Below are positions 1 through 8,752 of a stretch of DNA of 64,000 nt, one piece after another. Numbering within the stretch: the first letter of the stretch is position 1; each line of letters starts with the position of its first letter. This DNA comes from Candidatus Algichlamydia australiensis. Its GTDB lineage: Bacteria > Chlamydiota > Chlamydiia > Chlamydiales > JAJFMI01. The stretch covers positions 284,724 to 348,723 of the forward strand of contig JAXCHI010000004.1 of the NCBI GenBank assembly GCA_033977065.1, in the 5' to 3' direction. A program made the position numbers and the translations under genes. The notes beneath the pieces were generated by a model. That model worked only from the letters and a program-made list of their open reading frames with translations, had not been told where the DNA came from and did no database searches.

Positions 1-2117
1 TCCGCTTTCTTAAAGTGGGGACCTAAAACAAAGGGTTTGTAACCGCGAACGGTGTTTTCACCACCCAAGAAGAAGAGTTCACTAAGAGGGATATCTTCTG
101 CTCTGCCGCCTCCAAATGGGTAGAGGAAGAGTGCATCGCAACGGAACTTAAAGGTTCCGAGGCGCCAAACAGGGTAGTAGTAGCTGTTTAAGTAGGTCAG
201 CTTAGCAATGGGAAAGTCTTGTGGGCCAGATTCACGTCCTGAGCGACGGTGCTCCCAAAGAAGTTCTGCTTCTCCACCAGCGCGCAATCCTCGATGAGGC
301 TTGAAAGGATTATCAATGGAGTTAAAGTTTAGCGAGAGGCCAAATCCTGTCACAATCCCGCTATTTTGCTCCTGGTTTTGTGCTTTTGGACCAGCACTCT
401 TATCGACATCGATGTCACTCCAGCGCAGGCGATACTTCGATCCAAAGGTCCAGAAGTTTGTAATTGGGTAACTGGCGTAGAGATCGGTACCGAATGTGTC
501 GATGTGGTAGTCGCTTGAGGTTAGCTCTGAGTGTGAATAGTTGAAATCAAATCCCACACGCCACGGAGTGTCATTAAAGTAGGGATCCAACCAGGAGATG
601 ACATAGTTGCTCTGCTTTTTACCAAAGCTGATGCGCATATGAGCAAACTCTCCATTTCCACGGACGGCTTTTAGTCCCTCTTTATGAATGCGACCAAGGC
701 CTGCAATATTAAAATTGTTTTCAGTTAGATCAAGTCCACCGAAGATACTATCAGTGCTACTAAAACCTGCAAAGAGACTGGCGCTTCCTGTTGTGGTCTC
801 TTCAACTTCAATGTTGACGTCGCGGTAGTTGGGGCCTAATGCTTGGTCTTCTGGCGAGCGAACGGCGTAGACATTGACACATTTGAAAAAGCCAACAGCT
901 TCCAAGCGGCGTTTTGTTGCTTCCAGTTTGCGGCTATCAAAAATAGCGCCAGGATCAAGCAGCGATTCGCGCAAAATGACGTTGGACCCCGTTGCAGTAT
1001 TTCCTAAAACGCGAACTAAGCCGACGTGATACTGCTCCCCCTCCTCAACTGTGAAGTGGACATCGTACTTTGGCTCAAACGCAGAGAGCTGCATGGTGTA
1101 TTGGATATTGGCTTCGATGTACCCCTTAGATCCATATAAATTTTTCAATGCCTGTACGCTCTCTCGTACATTGTTCGGGGAGTAATCATCACCCGATTTA
1201 ATAAGAAGAGCTTTTTCAATCTCCTCATCACTAAAGAGCTCATTTCCTTTGAATGAGACATCTCCAAAATGGTAGAGCTCGCCTTTGCTTGCAGCGATTG
1301 TAATGATGAGACGATGAGTCTCAGGGTCTTCAGAGGTCTGAATGTCAATGTTCGCATCGGCGTACCCCTGATTTTGGAGGTAGTCGATGATCATCAAACG
1401 GTCGTGATCGATATGGTCCTGGTTGTAGATGCCCTGCTGGGTCAAAAAACTGGTGAAGAGATTGTATTTTTTAGTTGCAATCATCTTGAGGATGTCGCTC
1501 TCTTCTTTCTTTGTTAGGCCTTCAAATTGTACCTTGCTAATTCGCCCAGAGCGTCCCTCACAAACAATAATATTGATGAGAACTTCATTGTTTTCCGGTT
1601 TTGGAAGGATAGTGTATTGCAGTTCTGCTTCAAAGTACCCTTTCTTTATGTAGAACTCTTTAATCTTGTTAAAGCCCTCATTAAAATCGGCTCGATTGAA
1701 AATTTGACCCGGTTTAATGGCGAGTTTTCTCTGCAATTTTTGTGTAGAGAAGCACTCATTTCCAAACCACTTAATATTGCTAATGACAGGTTTTTGCCAG
1801 AGACGGATAGTAATAAAAAGTTCTCCACTGCAAACCTGAATTTGCGGGTCTACGCGATCAAAATCACGGCTGAGCGCTTTCAAATCTTGGTCGAAGGTAA
1901 GCTGTGAAAATGGATCGCCCTCTTTGGTGCGCATCGACGTCATCAAGGGAGTACAATCGTAGTAACCTGCAGGACCAAGTGTTTCAATTTCAATTTGGAT
2001 GCGCGCGACTTTTTTCTGCTCGTATGACTCAACTGAAGGATACGGATTGTAGTCTGAAAATGCAGGAGCAGAAGTAAGCAAAATTGTGGAAACAAAGAGC
2101 GGTAAAGTTCTTTTCAT
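1..2117 (-). CDS. bamA: Outer membrane protein assembly factor BamA/Omp85 (N-terminus at 2117; C-terminus runs off the window start)
   Basis: My own translation of the minus strand from ATG 2117 is open to position 1. It shows a signal peptide (MKRTLPLFVSTILLTSAPAFS), POTRA-like repeats, and barrel motifs (TTGSASLFAGFSS, ELFFLGGENTVRGY). It is absent from the ORF track because it is truncated by the window edge. Confidence 0.88.
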   Translation of the reverse strand, partial: MKRTLPLFVSTILLTSAPAFSDYNPYPSVESYEQKKVARIQIEIETLGPAGYYDCTPLMTSMRTKEGDPFSQLTFDQDLKALSRDFDRVDPQIQVCSGELFITIRLWQKPVISNIKWFGNECFSTQKLQRKLAIKPGQIFNRADFNEGFNKIKEFYIKKGYFEAELQYTILPKPENNEVLINIIVCEGRSGRISKVQFEGLTKKEESDILKMIATKKYNLFTSFLTQQGIYNQDHIDHDRLMIIDYLQNQGYADANIDIQTSEDPETHRLIITIAASKGELYHFGDVSFKGNELFSDEEIEKALLIKSGDDYSPNNVRESVQALKNLYGSKGYIEANIQYTMQLSAFEPKYDVHFTVEEGEQYHVGLVRVLGNTATGSNVILRESLLDPGAIFDSRKLEATKRRLEAVGFFKCVNVYAVRSPEDQALGPNYRDVNIEVEETTTGSASLFAGFSSTDSIFGGLDLTENNFNIAGLGRIHKEGLKAVRGNGEFAHMRISFGKKQSNYVISWLDPYFNDTPWRVGFDFNYSHSELTSSDYHIDTFGTDLYASYPITNFWTFGSKYRLRWSDIDVDKSAGPKAQNQEQNSGIVTGFGLSLNFNSIDNPFKPHRGLRAGGEAELLWEHRRSGRESGPQDFPIAKLTYLNSYYYPVWRLGTFKFRCDALFLYPFGGGRAEDIPLSELFFLGGENTVRGYKPFVLGPHFKKA

Positions 2118-2169
2118 ATATCTGGTCCAAATAGTAGGTAAGTACTTGAGTATATGTGTTAAACTGTAT

Positions 2170-2772
2170 TTAGATCAACTCTTGGCGGCGGATAATCGAT
2201 TGACCAAGCGTTCCCTCATCAATCCAATCAAGAGAACTTCCCATGGGAAGGCCGAGCGCGAGGCGTGTTACTTTAACATTTTCTTTTGCAAATTCTTGTT
2301 TGAGAAAAAGGGCAGTTGCATCTCCTTCAAGTGTGGCATCTAATGCGATGAGCAGCTCTTTTACACACTCTTTTTCAATGCGTTTTTTTAATTGCTCAAG
2401 TCCAAGTGTATCAGGTGTTTTTCCTTCAACAGGTGAGAGAAGACCATCAATCACGTGGTAAGCCCCTTTGAATGAACGGGTCGCTTCAATGGCAAATGCA
2501 TCTCTTGGGCTTGAAATGATGCAAAGTATATCTTTTTCTCGATAGGGAGCGTGGCAGGAAAAACAGCCCTTTTCACTTAACATCAAGCCGCACTCGCTGC
2601 AATGCAAAATCTTTTCTTGAATTTTGGCAATGGTCTCGCCAAAATCTTTGAGCTGGGTCGCATCTTCCTTTAATAGGTGAAAGGCGAAACGTTCAGCGCT
2701 CTTCTGTCCAACGCCGGGAAGTCGTTTAAGATGGGTGATTAAAATTTTTAATTCTTGCGGATAGTTCTGCAT
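2170..2772 (-). CDS. recR: Recombination protein RecR
   Basis: 200 aa. N-terminal HhH region (LKRLPGVGQKSAERFAFHLL), a C4 zinc finger (CSECG...CFSC) and a Toprim-like C-terminus. Confidence 0.95.
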   Translation of the reverse strand: MQNYPQELKILITHLKRLPGVGQKSAERFAFHLLKEDATQLKDFGETIAKIQEKILHCSECGLMLSEKGCFSCHAPYREKDILCIISSPRDAFAIEATRSFKGAYHVIDGLLSPVEGKTPDTLGLEQLKKRIEKECVKELLIALDATLEGDATALFLKQEFAKENVKVTRLALGLPMGSSLDWIDEGTLGQSIIRRQELI

Positions 2773-2830
2773 CTCCTCCCAATTATGACAAGCTTTTCAA
2801 TATTTCGCAATTCGGGTAAAATAGTCGGAT

Positions 2831-3829
2831 ATGTGTTCTACAAAAGCGAGAATCGTTGCCACGGGCGCCTATCTACCAAGTAAAATTTTGACTAACTGTG
2901 ATCTAGAACAGATGGTTGAAACTTCAGATGAGTGGATCACAACCCGCACGGGAATTAAGGAGCGTCGTATTGCTCATAATGAAGAGTTTACCTCTGACAT
3001 GGGGCTTAAAGCGGCTCAAGAAGCAATCGAAAAATCAGGGCTTTCTCCTGAAAAAATCGATCTCATTATTCTGGCTACGCACACACCGGATCACTTCTTT
3101 CCTAGTACTGCCTGTATGATTCAAAAAGAGCTTGGTGCTGTGAATGCTGCCGGATTTGATATTCAAGCGGCGTGCAGTGGCTATCTCTATGGGCTCTCTA
3201 CAGCAAAATCATTTATTGAATCAGGCGCATATAAAAACATTCTTTTAGTCGCTTCAGAAAAGCTCTCTTCAATTATTGATTATGAAGATCGCAACACCTG
3301 TGTCCTCTTTGGTGATGGCGCTTCGGCTGCTATTATTAGCCATGAAGGGGCTGGGTTACAAATTCCTCACATCTGTCTCGGCTCTGACGGCCAGCAAGAA
3401 GACCTCATTAAACTTCCTGCTGGTGGTTGCCGCAAAGTTGCCTCCCGTGAGAGCATCGAGTCGCGCGAGCACTTTCTCCGCATGGAGGGAAGAGAGGTAT
3501 TCAAACACGCTGTGCGCCGTATGGAGCAAGCGGCAAATGAGTGTTTGGAGCATGAAGGACTCACAGATAGCGATGTCAATTGGCTTATCTCACACCAAGC
3601 GAATATTCGTATTATAGACGCAATGGCAAAACGTTTTTCTATTCCTGCTGATCGCGTCTATAAAACCGTTCATAAGTATGGAAATACTTCATCATCTTCA
3701 GTGGGGATAGCCCTACATGAGCTCCTGCAAGATGGCGCTGTAAATGAGGGAGATCGTCTCCTTCTCGTCGCTTTTGGTGCGGGATTAACCTGGGGCGCAG
3801 CCCTACTTGAAAAGAGGTCAAATGGGTAA
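2831..3829 (+). CDS. fabH: 3-oxoacyl-ACP synthase III (FabH)
   Basis: 332 aa. Active-site Cys context IQAACSGYLYGL and a HQAN motif. First gene of a fab operon. Confidence 0.95.
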   Translation: MCSTKARIVATGAYLPSKILTNCDLEQMVETSDEWITTRTGIKERRIAHNEEFTSDMGLKAAQEAIEKSGLSPEKIDLIILATHTPDHFFPSTACMIQKELGAVNAAGFDIQAACSGYLYGLSTAKSFIESGAYKNILLVASEKLSSIIDYEDRNTCVLFGDGASAAIISHEGAGLQIPHICLGSDGQQEDLIKLPAGGCRKVASRESIESREHFLRMEGREVFKHAVRRMEQAANECLEHEGLTDSDVNWLISHQANIRIIDAMAKRFSIPADRVYKTVHKYGNTSSSSVGIALHELLQDGAVNEGDRLLLVAFGAGLTWGAALLEKRSNG

Positions 3830-4781
3830 GAAAATTGCCTTTATTTTCCCCGGACAGGGAGCGCAGTACCCAGGTATGGGGCGCGATTTTTATCACCAAT
3901 TTCCAGAAGTGAAAGAGATGGTGGACCGTGCAGATGAAATTCTCGGTTACTCTCTATCGGAAATGATTTTTGAGGGTTCGTCTGAAGATTTGAAGCAGAC
4001 ACGCTACTCACAGCCCGCGATCTTCATCACAAGTCTTGCTATTCTTAAAGTTATTCAAGATAAGTTCCCAGTACTTGTTCCAAGCTATACTCTCGGGTTG
4101 AGTTTAGGAGAGTACACAGCGATGGTTGCAGCAGGCATTCTCCCATTTGAAGAGGGACTAAAGCTTGTTCAAGCGCGAGCAGATGCAATGCAGAAAGCCT
4201 CTGAAGCAACACCCGGAACGATGGCAGCAGTGCTCGGATTAGATCCCGATTTAGTCGAAGAAGTTTTAGAGAAGATGCGTCCTGACAATGCGATCTGGAT
4301 TGCAAACCTGAACTGTCCCTCACAAGTTGTTATAGCGGGAACAAAAGAAGCTGTTGAAGCTGCTAATGAACCCCTCATAGAAAAAGGAGCCAAACGCGTT
4401 GTTCCTCTTAACGTCTCTGGAGCTTTTCATACGCCACTTATGCAGCCAGCTGCAGAAGAACTTGGGCAAAAAGTTGAATCAGTCACCCTTCATCAAAGTG
4501 AAACGCGCCTTCTCATGAATGCGGCGGGTGATTTTGTTGAAGACCTCGATGAAATGCGCAAACTCCTTCTTGAACAGGTGATGCAGCCCGTTCTTTGGGA
4601 AAAGTCGATTCATGCTGTGATGGAGCAGGGGATCGATCTCTTTTTAGAAGTTGGCCCTGGTAAAACTCTTTGTGGTATGCTCCGCAAAATCAATAGAGAG
4701 CTCAACACTCTCAATGTAGAAAATATCGAAGATCTCGATCGCCTAGAAGAGTATTTAATCTGTACCGTGGAGAAACAATGA
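3822..4781 (+). CDS. fabD: Malonyl-CoA:ACP transacylase (FabD)
   Basis: Motifs FIFPGQGAQY and GLSLGEY. I prefer ATG 3822 (preceded by aaagagg; ATGGGTAA overlaps the fabH stop) over the track's TTG start at 3807. Confidence 0.93.
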   Translation: MGKKIAFIFPGQGAQYPGMGRDFYHQFPEVKEMVDRADEILGYSLSEMIFEGSSEDLKQTRYSQPAIFITSLAILKVIQDKFPVLVPSYTLGLSLGEYTAMVAAGILPFEEGLKLVQARADAMQKASEATPGTMAAVLGLDPDLVEEVLEKMRPDNAIWIANLNCPSQVVIAGTKEAVEAANEPLIEKGAKRVVPLNVSGAFHTPLMQPAAEELGQKVESVTLHQSETRLLMNAAGDFVEDLDEMRKLLLEQVMQPVLWEKSIHAVMEQGIDLFLEVGPGKTLCGMLRKINRELNTLNVENIEDLDRLEEYLICTVEKQ

Positions 4782-5503
4782 AGAGACTTGAAGGAAAACG
4801 CGCTCTTGTTACAGGCGGCACCTCTGGAATTGGCAAAGCGATTGCCTTAAAATTTGCAGAAGCTGGTGCTGATGTGACAATCTTAGGCACTAATAAAGAG
4901 CGTGCAGAAGCGACTCTCAAAGAGCTAAAAGAGATCTCTTCAACTCAAAATTTTTCTGCAAAAATCGTCAACCTTTCCCAACCCGAAGAGATTCGCGCCC
5001 TTGCAAAAGAGATTGAAATTGACATCCTTGTCAACAATGCAGGCATCACTCGGGATAAACTCTTTATGGCGATGAAGGAGGATGACTGGAATGAAGTGAT
5101 CAACGTCAACCTCAATGCAATCTACCACCTCACACACGCCTTTATCAGACCTATGTTGAAAAACAAGGGAAAAATCATTAACATCTCCTCAGTAAGTGGA
5201 TTGAGTGGCAACCCGGGACAAGCTAATTATTCAGCTGCAAAAGCTGGTCTGATTGGCATGACACGTACACTCGCTCGCGAGTTGGGAGGAAAAGGCGTTA
5301 CAGTCAACTGCATCGCTCCCGGTTTTATCACAACGCCGATGACAGACAAACTTAATGAAGCGCAGCAGCAGGCAATCCTATCGAGGATCCCGCTTAAACG
5401 CTTTGGAAAACCAGAAGAAATTGCCCAAGCAGCCCTTTTCCTTGCGACTGCTGACTACATTACTGGTCAGACACTTGCAGTAGATGGAGGCATGCTGGCC
5501 TAA
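4778..5503 (+). CDS. fabG: 3-oxoacyl-ACP reductase (FabG, SDR family)
   Basis: Motifs [12 protein letters not shown] and YSAAKAG. Its start overlaps the fabD stop (ATGA). Confidence 0.93.
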   Translation: MKRLEGKRALVTGGTSGIGKAIALKFAEAGADVTILGTNKERAEATLKELKEISSTQNFSAKIVNLSQPEEIRALAKEIEIDILVNNAGITRDKLFMAMKEDDWNEVINVNLNAIYHLTHAFIRPMLKNKGKIINISSVSGLSGNPGQANYSAAKAGLIGMTRTLARELGGKGVTVNCIAPGFITTPMTDKLNEAQQQAILSRIPLKRFGKPEEIAQAALFLATADYITGQTLAVDGGMLA

Positions 5504-5531
5504 GCTATTATTGATAACAAAGGAAAAACCT

Positions 5532-5765
5532 ATGTCCATGGAAAAAGAAGTAATCGACATCGTAGTGGAACAACTTGGTGTTGAAGAAGCAGAAGTAAAC
5601 GTTGAAAAGCGTTTTGTTGAAGATCTGAATGCCGACTCACTAGATCTTACAGAGCTGATTATGACTTTTGAAGAGAAATTCGGCCTAGAAATTGCTGAAG
5701 GTGAAGCTGAGAAGCTGAAGACCGTTGGCGATGTAGTGACCTTCATCGAGTCAAAAAAGGCTTAA
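5532..5765 (+). CDS. acpP: Acyl carrier protein
   Basis: 77 aa with the DSLD phosphopantetheine attachment motif ([13 protein letters not shown]). ATG 5532 is preceded by aaggaaaaacc. The track ORF starting at 5484 overlaps fabG and is too long. Confidence 0.95.
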   Translation: MSMEKEVIDIVVEQLGVEEAEVNVEKRFVEDLNADSLDLTELIMTFEEKFGLEIAEGEAEKLKTVGDVVTFIESKKA

Positions 5766-5782
5766 TTTAAATTTTTTATTTT

Positions 5783-5817
5783 AAAACCCAAGTACGAGCT
5801 GTGCTTGGGTTTTTTTT
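5783..5817 (+). terminator. Rho-independent terminator downstream of acpP
   Basis: Stem cccaagtac / gtgcttggg with loop gagct, followed by a run of 8 T. Confidence 0.65.
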
Positions 5818-5820
5818 GAA

Positions 5821-5849
5821 TTGATTTTTTAATATAGTCTTGATAGTAT
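5821..5849 (+). promoter_or_regulatory. Candidate sigma-70-type promoter of Inc-like paralog 1
   Basis: TTGATT, 17 nt spacer, TAGTAT. The same architecture is conserved upstream of paralogs 2 and 3. The RBS aggaga lies 7 nt before the ATG. Confidence 0.4.
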
Positions 5850-5872
5850 TGTCCGAAAAATAGGAGAATACT

Positions 5873-7336
5873 ATGGCGAGCTCGGTTCATTCAATAAGTA
5901 ATTTAACATCATCTTTCAGAGGTTCTCAAGGACTTTTACCCCTCTCAACTTTGCAGAAAGCTGTGCAAGTGGCACCTGTAGGAATCAACGCAGGTCTTAC
6001 CGTATATAACCAACACAAAAGTACTCGGTTCTTTGTTTTTTCTCTACTTACAACGGTTGTCTCTTCACTAACAGTCTCCTCAAACAATACTTATGCCATT
6101 GGCGCTAAATTTACCTTAACAGCTGCAAACATCGCCCTCACAGTCCTTACAAAAAGTTCTCCAGTTAGAAATAAGAACCTAATTTCTCAGCAACTACCGC
6201 CACGTATCGCAAATACCGCAGAGATTCCAAATACAGCTAGCGGGTCAACTCAATCTACAGAAGTGTTGGCGAGAAAACTAGAAGAGTTTTACTCTTTTGA
6301 ATATGGTGACTCAGGATTCGAATTTGATAGGTGTAAAGCTGAACTCCAAACATTCATCGAAGGCCTCTCACCTAGGATGAAATTGGAATATTTTGCGGCA
6401 GCTCTTTATGCTCCTAATACTCCTATGATCAAAACAGCAATTGCAATTATTGGATATGAGAACAAAGACACTATTGAAGTTGATACTTATGGTACTGATA
6501 TTCTAGCTCCTATTCCTAATAACAGAAGAAATACTCTTTTCACACTTCTGGATTCTATTGCCAGAGGCAATCGGTTTAACGGACAAGGTGAACAAGTAGA
6601 CTTTGCTCTTGTTGGTGAACAAGTAGACTTTGCTCTTGTTGAGGATATATTAAAAAGCCTTTTTGAGCTGGAAAAGCAGAGTGGTCAAAGATATTTTAAT
6701 AGAAGTTATTGCAGTGTCTCATTGCTTGAAAAACTGAATGGTTTACCTCCTCAGCTTATTCTTTCCTGTCTTGAGAATGAAGATTTGGATCTTTGCAACC
6801 CTCAAGATCTATTTCCACAATCAGTTGCAAAGTTATTAGCTTATCTTCTTTCTCAAACGAGAGGAAATGTGGCTGAAGAGGTCACTAATCTCTATTCGTG
6901 TATAGAAAAATTCATTCAATTAGGCCTTGTTGAGTTTCTTTCTAAACAACAGCATGATAGCAGAGCGGTAATGGAGGGGTTAGATTCTGTATTTTACGCA
7001 ACAAATGCTTCGTTAACCGCTTTGGATACTCAAAGTTTTGAAAAAATTATTTTGGAACTTCTTGATCTAGCTAAGTTTAATAAAGATTATTGTCATAATT
7101 TTATGTTGAACTCTCTTCGATACAAAAAAGAAAACATTATAAAAGAAATTTTTAATCAAGAACCAGATAGTGTTTTTGGATTAGATATAAAATATTATAT
7201 TGAGCAACTAGAAGATACTCCTCTTAAGGCAACTATGCTTGAGCACTGGGAAAAGGGTACCGATGATCAGAAGAAACTAGAGAAGGGTTTTCTAGGTGGT
7301 TGGGCTGATGATTCGGATGGTGATTCGGATATGTAA
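5873..7336 (+). CDS. Hypothetical membrane protein, Inc-like (bilobed hydrophobic domain), paralog 1 of 3
   Basis: 487 aa. Two roughly 20 aa hydrophobic segments are separated by a short loop (FFVFSLLTTVVSSLTVSS-NNTY-AIGAKFTLTAANIALTVL). The C-terminal motif HWEKGTDDQKK is shared with paralog 2. No enzyme motif is visible. Confidence 0.75.
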   Translation: MASSVHSISNLTSSFRGSQGLLPLSTLQKAVQVAPVGINAGLTVYNQHKSTRFFVFSLLTTVVSSLTVSSNNTYAIGAKFTLTAANIALTVLTKSSPVRNKNLISQQLPPRIANTAEIPNTASGSTQSTEVLARKLEEFYSFEYGDSGFEFDRCKAELQTFIEGLSPRMKLEYFAAALYAPNTPMIKTAIAIIGYENKDTIEVDTYGTDILAPIPNNRRNTLFTLLDSIARGNRFNGQGEQVDFALVGEQVDFALVEDILKSLFELEKQSGQRYFNRSYCSVSLLEKLNGLPPQLILSCLENEDLDLCNPQDLFPQSVAKLLAYLLSQTRGNVAEEVTNLYSCIEKFIQLGLVEFLSKQQHDSRAVMEGLDSVFYATNASLTALDTQSFEKIILELLDLAKFNKDYCHNFMLNSLRYKKENIIKEIFNQEPDSVFGLDIKYYIEQLEDTPLKATMLEHWEKGTDDQKKLEKGFLGGWADDSDGDSDM

Positions 7337-7421
7337 AAATCCCTCTTTCCATATGAGGAGAAAGGAGGTAACAACTTAATTTTTAAAATCTGAGTGCAAG
7401 CCGTGCTTGAGTTTTTTTAGG

Positions 7422-7450
7422 TAGTTTTTTTAATAGAATCCTGATAAAAT
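7422..7450 (+). promoter_or_regulatory. Candidate promoter of Inc-like paralog 2 (duplicated module)
   Basis: TAGTTT, 17 nt spacer, TAAAAT. It aligns with the 5821-5849 module and is followed by the RBS caggagaatacc-ATG. Confidence 0.35.
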
Positions 7451-7473
7451 CATTTGCTAGACAGGAGAATACC

Positions 7474-8559
7474 ATGTTAAATCCGCTAAAGTTAACAAAT
7501 GATTTTACTCCAGCCCTTAAAAAGCCTTTGGAGTCTTTTTTTCCAACTTTTCTCAAGACAGCTAAAGTGGCACCGCTTGTAATCAACATAGGCTTTACAG
7601 GTCTTAACTTGTGTAGTCAAAGTAAGCAAATTTTCGCGTTCTCTTTAGCTACAACTCTCTTTTCCTCATATGCCATAACATCAAAAAACACTTACGTAAA
7701 TGCGGCAGCAGTTACTCTCACAATTGTGAATCTTGCTCTTTCCTGTTTTCCAAAATCTTTCGGGGTAAGTCACCAGCCACCAAAAAATAGGCAAATAGAA
7801 GATCAGCAAACTGAAAACCAAATGAGAACAACAGAAGGGTGGTTTGCTGATATTGAGGAATTTATGCCCAAAGGAGAAAACATAGACGAAGGAAAAGCTG
7901 CAAAATTTCAAAAGTTTATCAATCGCCTCAATCCAACAGAGAAGTTAGAATATTTTCTAGCAGCATTGAGTAACGGGTTTGAAGAAGAAGCAGTAAAAAT
8001 TCTTGGGGTTGATTGGTTTGGGGATGAAGAGAACGTAGCCGATCTATTTACTCGCCTCTTAGATAAAGCGTATCAAAGAGAACACAGCCTGGAAGTCATC
8101 ACTTCTTCTATTAAAACAATATTGGAACAACTGGTTTCTAATAAAGATTCCATTTTCGATATTTTGAAGAATAACGAAGAGTTTTGTAATAAGTTCCATG
8201 GATTGATAGAAGAGCTAGAAATAGATTGTATAGATGGAAGTGGTACACGCAACTTAAGTGCTAAAGAAATAAAAGAAAATGAAGATTTCGTCATAAGCTC
8301 TTTGAATCTCTTTAAATTTAAACAAGAGGATTATAAATTTTCCATTGTTAAAGCTGTTCTAGTGCATAAATGGAGAGTGCTAGAAAAAATCTTTGAACTT
8401 AAGCCAGATTTAGTTTTTGAAAAAGATGTTCTTAATATATTTTTTCACCTTGATGAAGATTCTGAGTTGAGGCAGAAGGCATTTGCTCATTGGGAAAAGG
8501 GTACTGATGAGCAAAAAGAATCGTCGAAAGAAATCATGAATCGCCGTTCTAAAAAATAA
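7474..8559 (+). CDS. Hypothetical membrane protein, Inc-like, paralog 2 of 3
   Basis: 361 aa. Bilobed hydrophobic region IFAFSLATTLFSSYAITS-KNTY-VNAAAVTLTIVNLALSCF. It shares FQKFINRLNPTEKLEYFLAAL and HWEKGTDEQK with paralog 1. Confidence 0.75.
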   Translation: MLNPLKLTNDFTPALKKPLESFFPTFLKTAKVAPLVINIGFTGLNLCSQSKQIFAFSLATTLFSSYAITSKNTYVNAAAVTLTIVNLALSCFPKSFGVSHQPPKNRQIEDQQTENQMRTTEGWFADIEEFMPKGENIDEGKAAKFQKFINRLNPTEKLEYFLAALSNGFEEEAVKILGVDWFGDEENVADLFTRLLDKAYQREHSLEVITSSIKTILEQLVSNKDSIFDILKNNEEFCNKFHGLIEELEIDCIDGSGTRNLSAKEIKENEDFVISSLNLFKFKQEDYKFSIVKAVLVHKWRVLEKIFELKPDLVFEKDVLNIFFHLDEDSELRQKAFAHWEKGTDEQKESSKEIMNRRSKK

Positions 8560-8577
8560 AGTTTTGCTACTCATTTT

Positions 8578-8646
8578 TTAGAGATTGCTGAAGACGAAGC
8601 TGAAAAGCTAAAGATCGTTGACGATGTAGTGATCTTCATTAAATAA
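8578..8646 (+). pseudogene. Relic of the 3' end of acpP (last ~22 codons), duplicated with the Inc-like gene unit
   Basis: tta gag att gct gaa gac gaa gct gaa aag cta aag atc gtt gac gat gta gtg atc ttc att aaa taa aligns with acpP 5689-5751. By eye about 53 of 63 nt match. It would encode LEIAEDEAEKLKIVDDVVIFIK versus [22 protein letters not shown]. There is no start codon and no upstream ACP sequence. Confidence 0.8.
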
Positions 8647-8701
8647 AAAATGTAAACTTATTATTTAAATCTGGAAAAAGCAATTTTTAGGAGGGTATTT
8701 C

Positions 8702-8730
8702 TTGTTTTTTTAGTATTGTCTTGATATAAT
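8702..8730 (+). promoter_or_regulatory. Candidate promoter of Inc-like paralog 3
   Basis: TTGTTT, 17 nt spacer, TATAAT. It aligns with the promoter modules at 5821 and 7422. Confidence 0.45.
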
Positions 8731-8752
8731 ATTAATATATTTAAAATTATAT

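Noticed and set aside
5484-5531. Upstream extension of acpP (track ORF starts at 5484)
   Set aside because: The extension overlaps the fabG 3' end and would add 16 non-ACP residues. ATG 5532 has an RBS-like aaggaaa upstream and gives a canonical 77 aa ACP.
7381-7420. An intrinsic terminator after Inc-like paralog 1, homologous to the acpP terminator
   Set aside because: The duplicated stem has decayed. Only a 5 bp caagc/gcttg stem plus G-U pairs remains before the T-run. I list it as part of the duplicated module rather than as a confident terminator.
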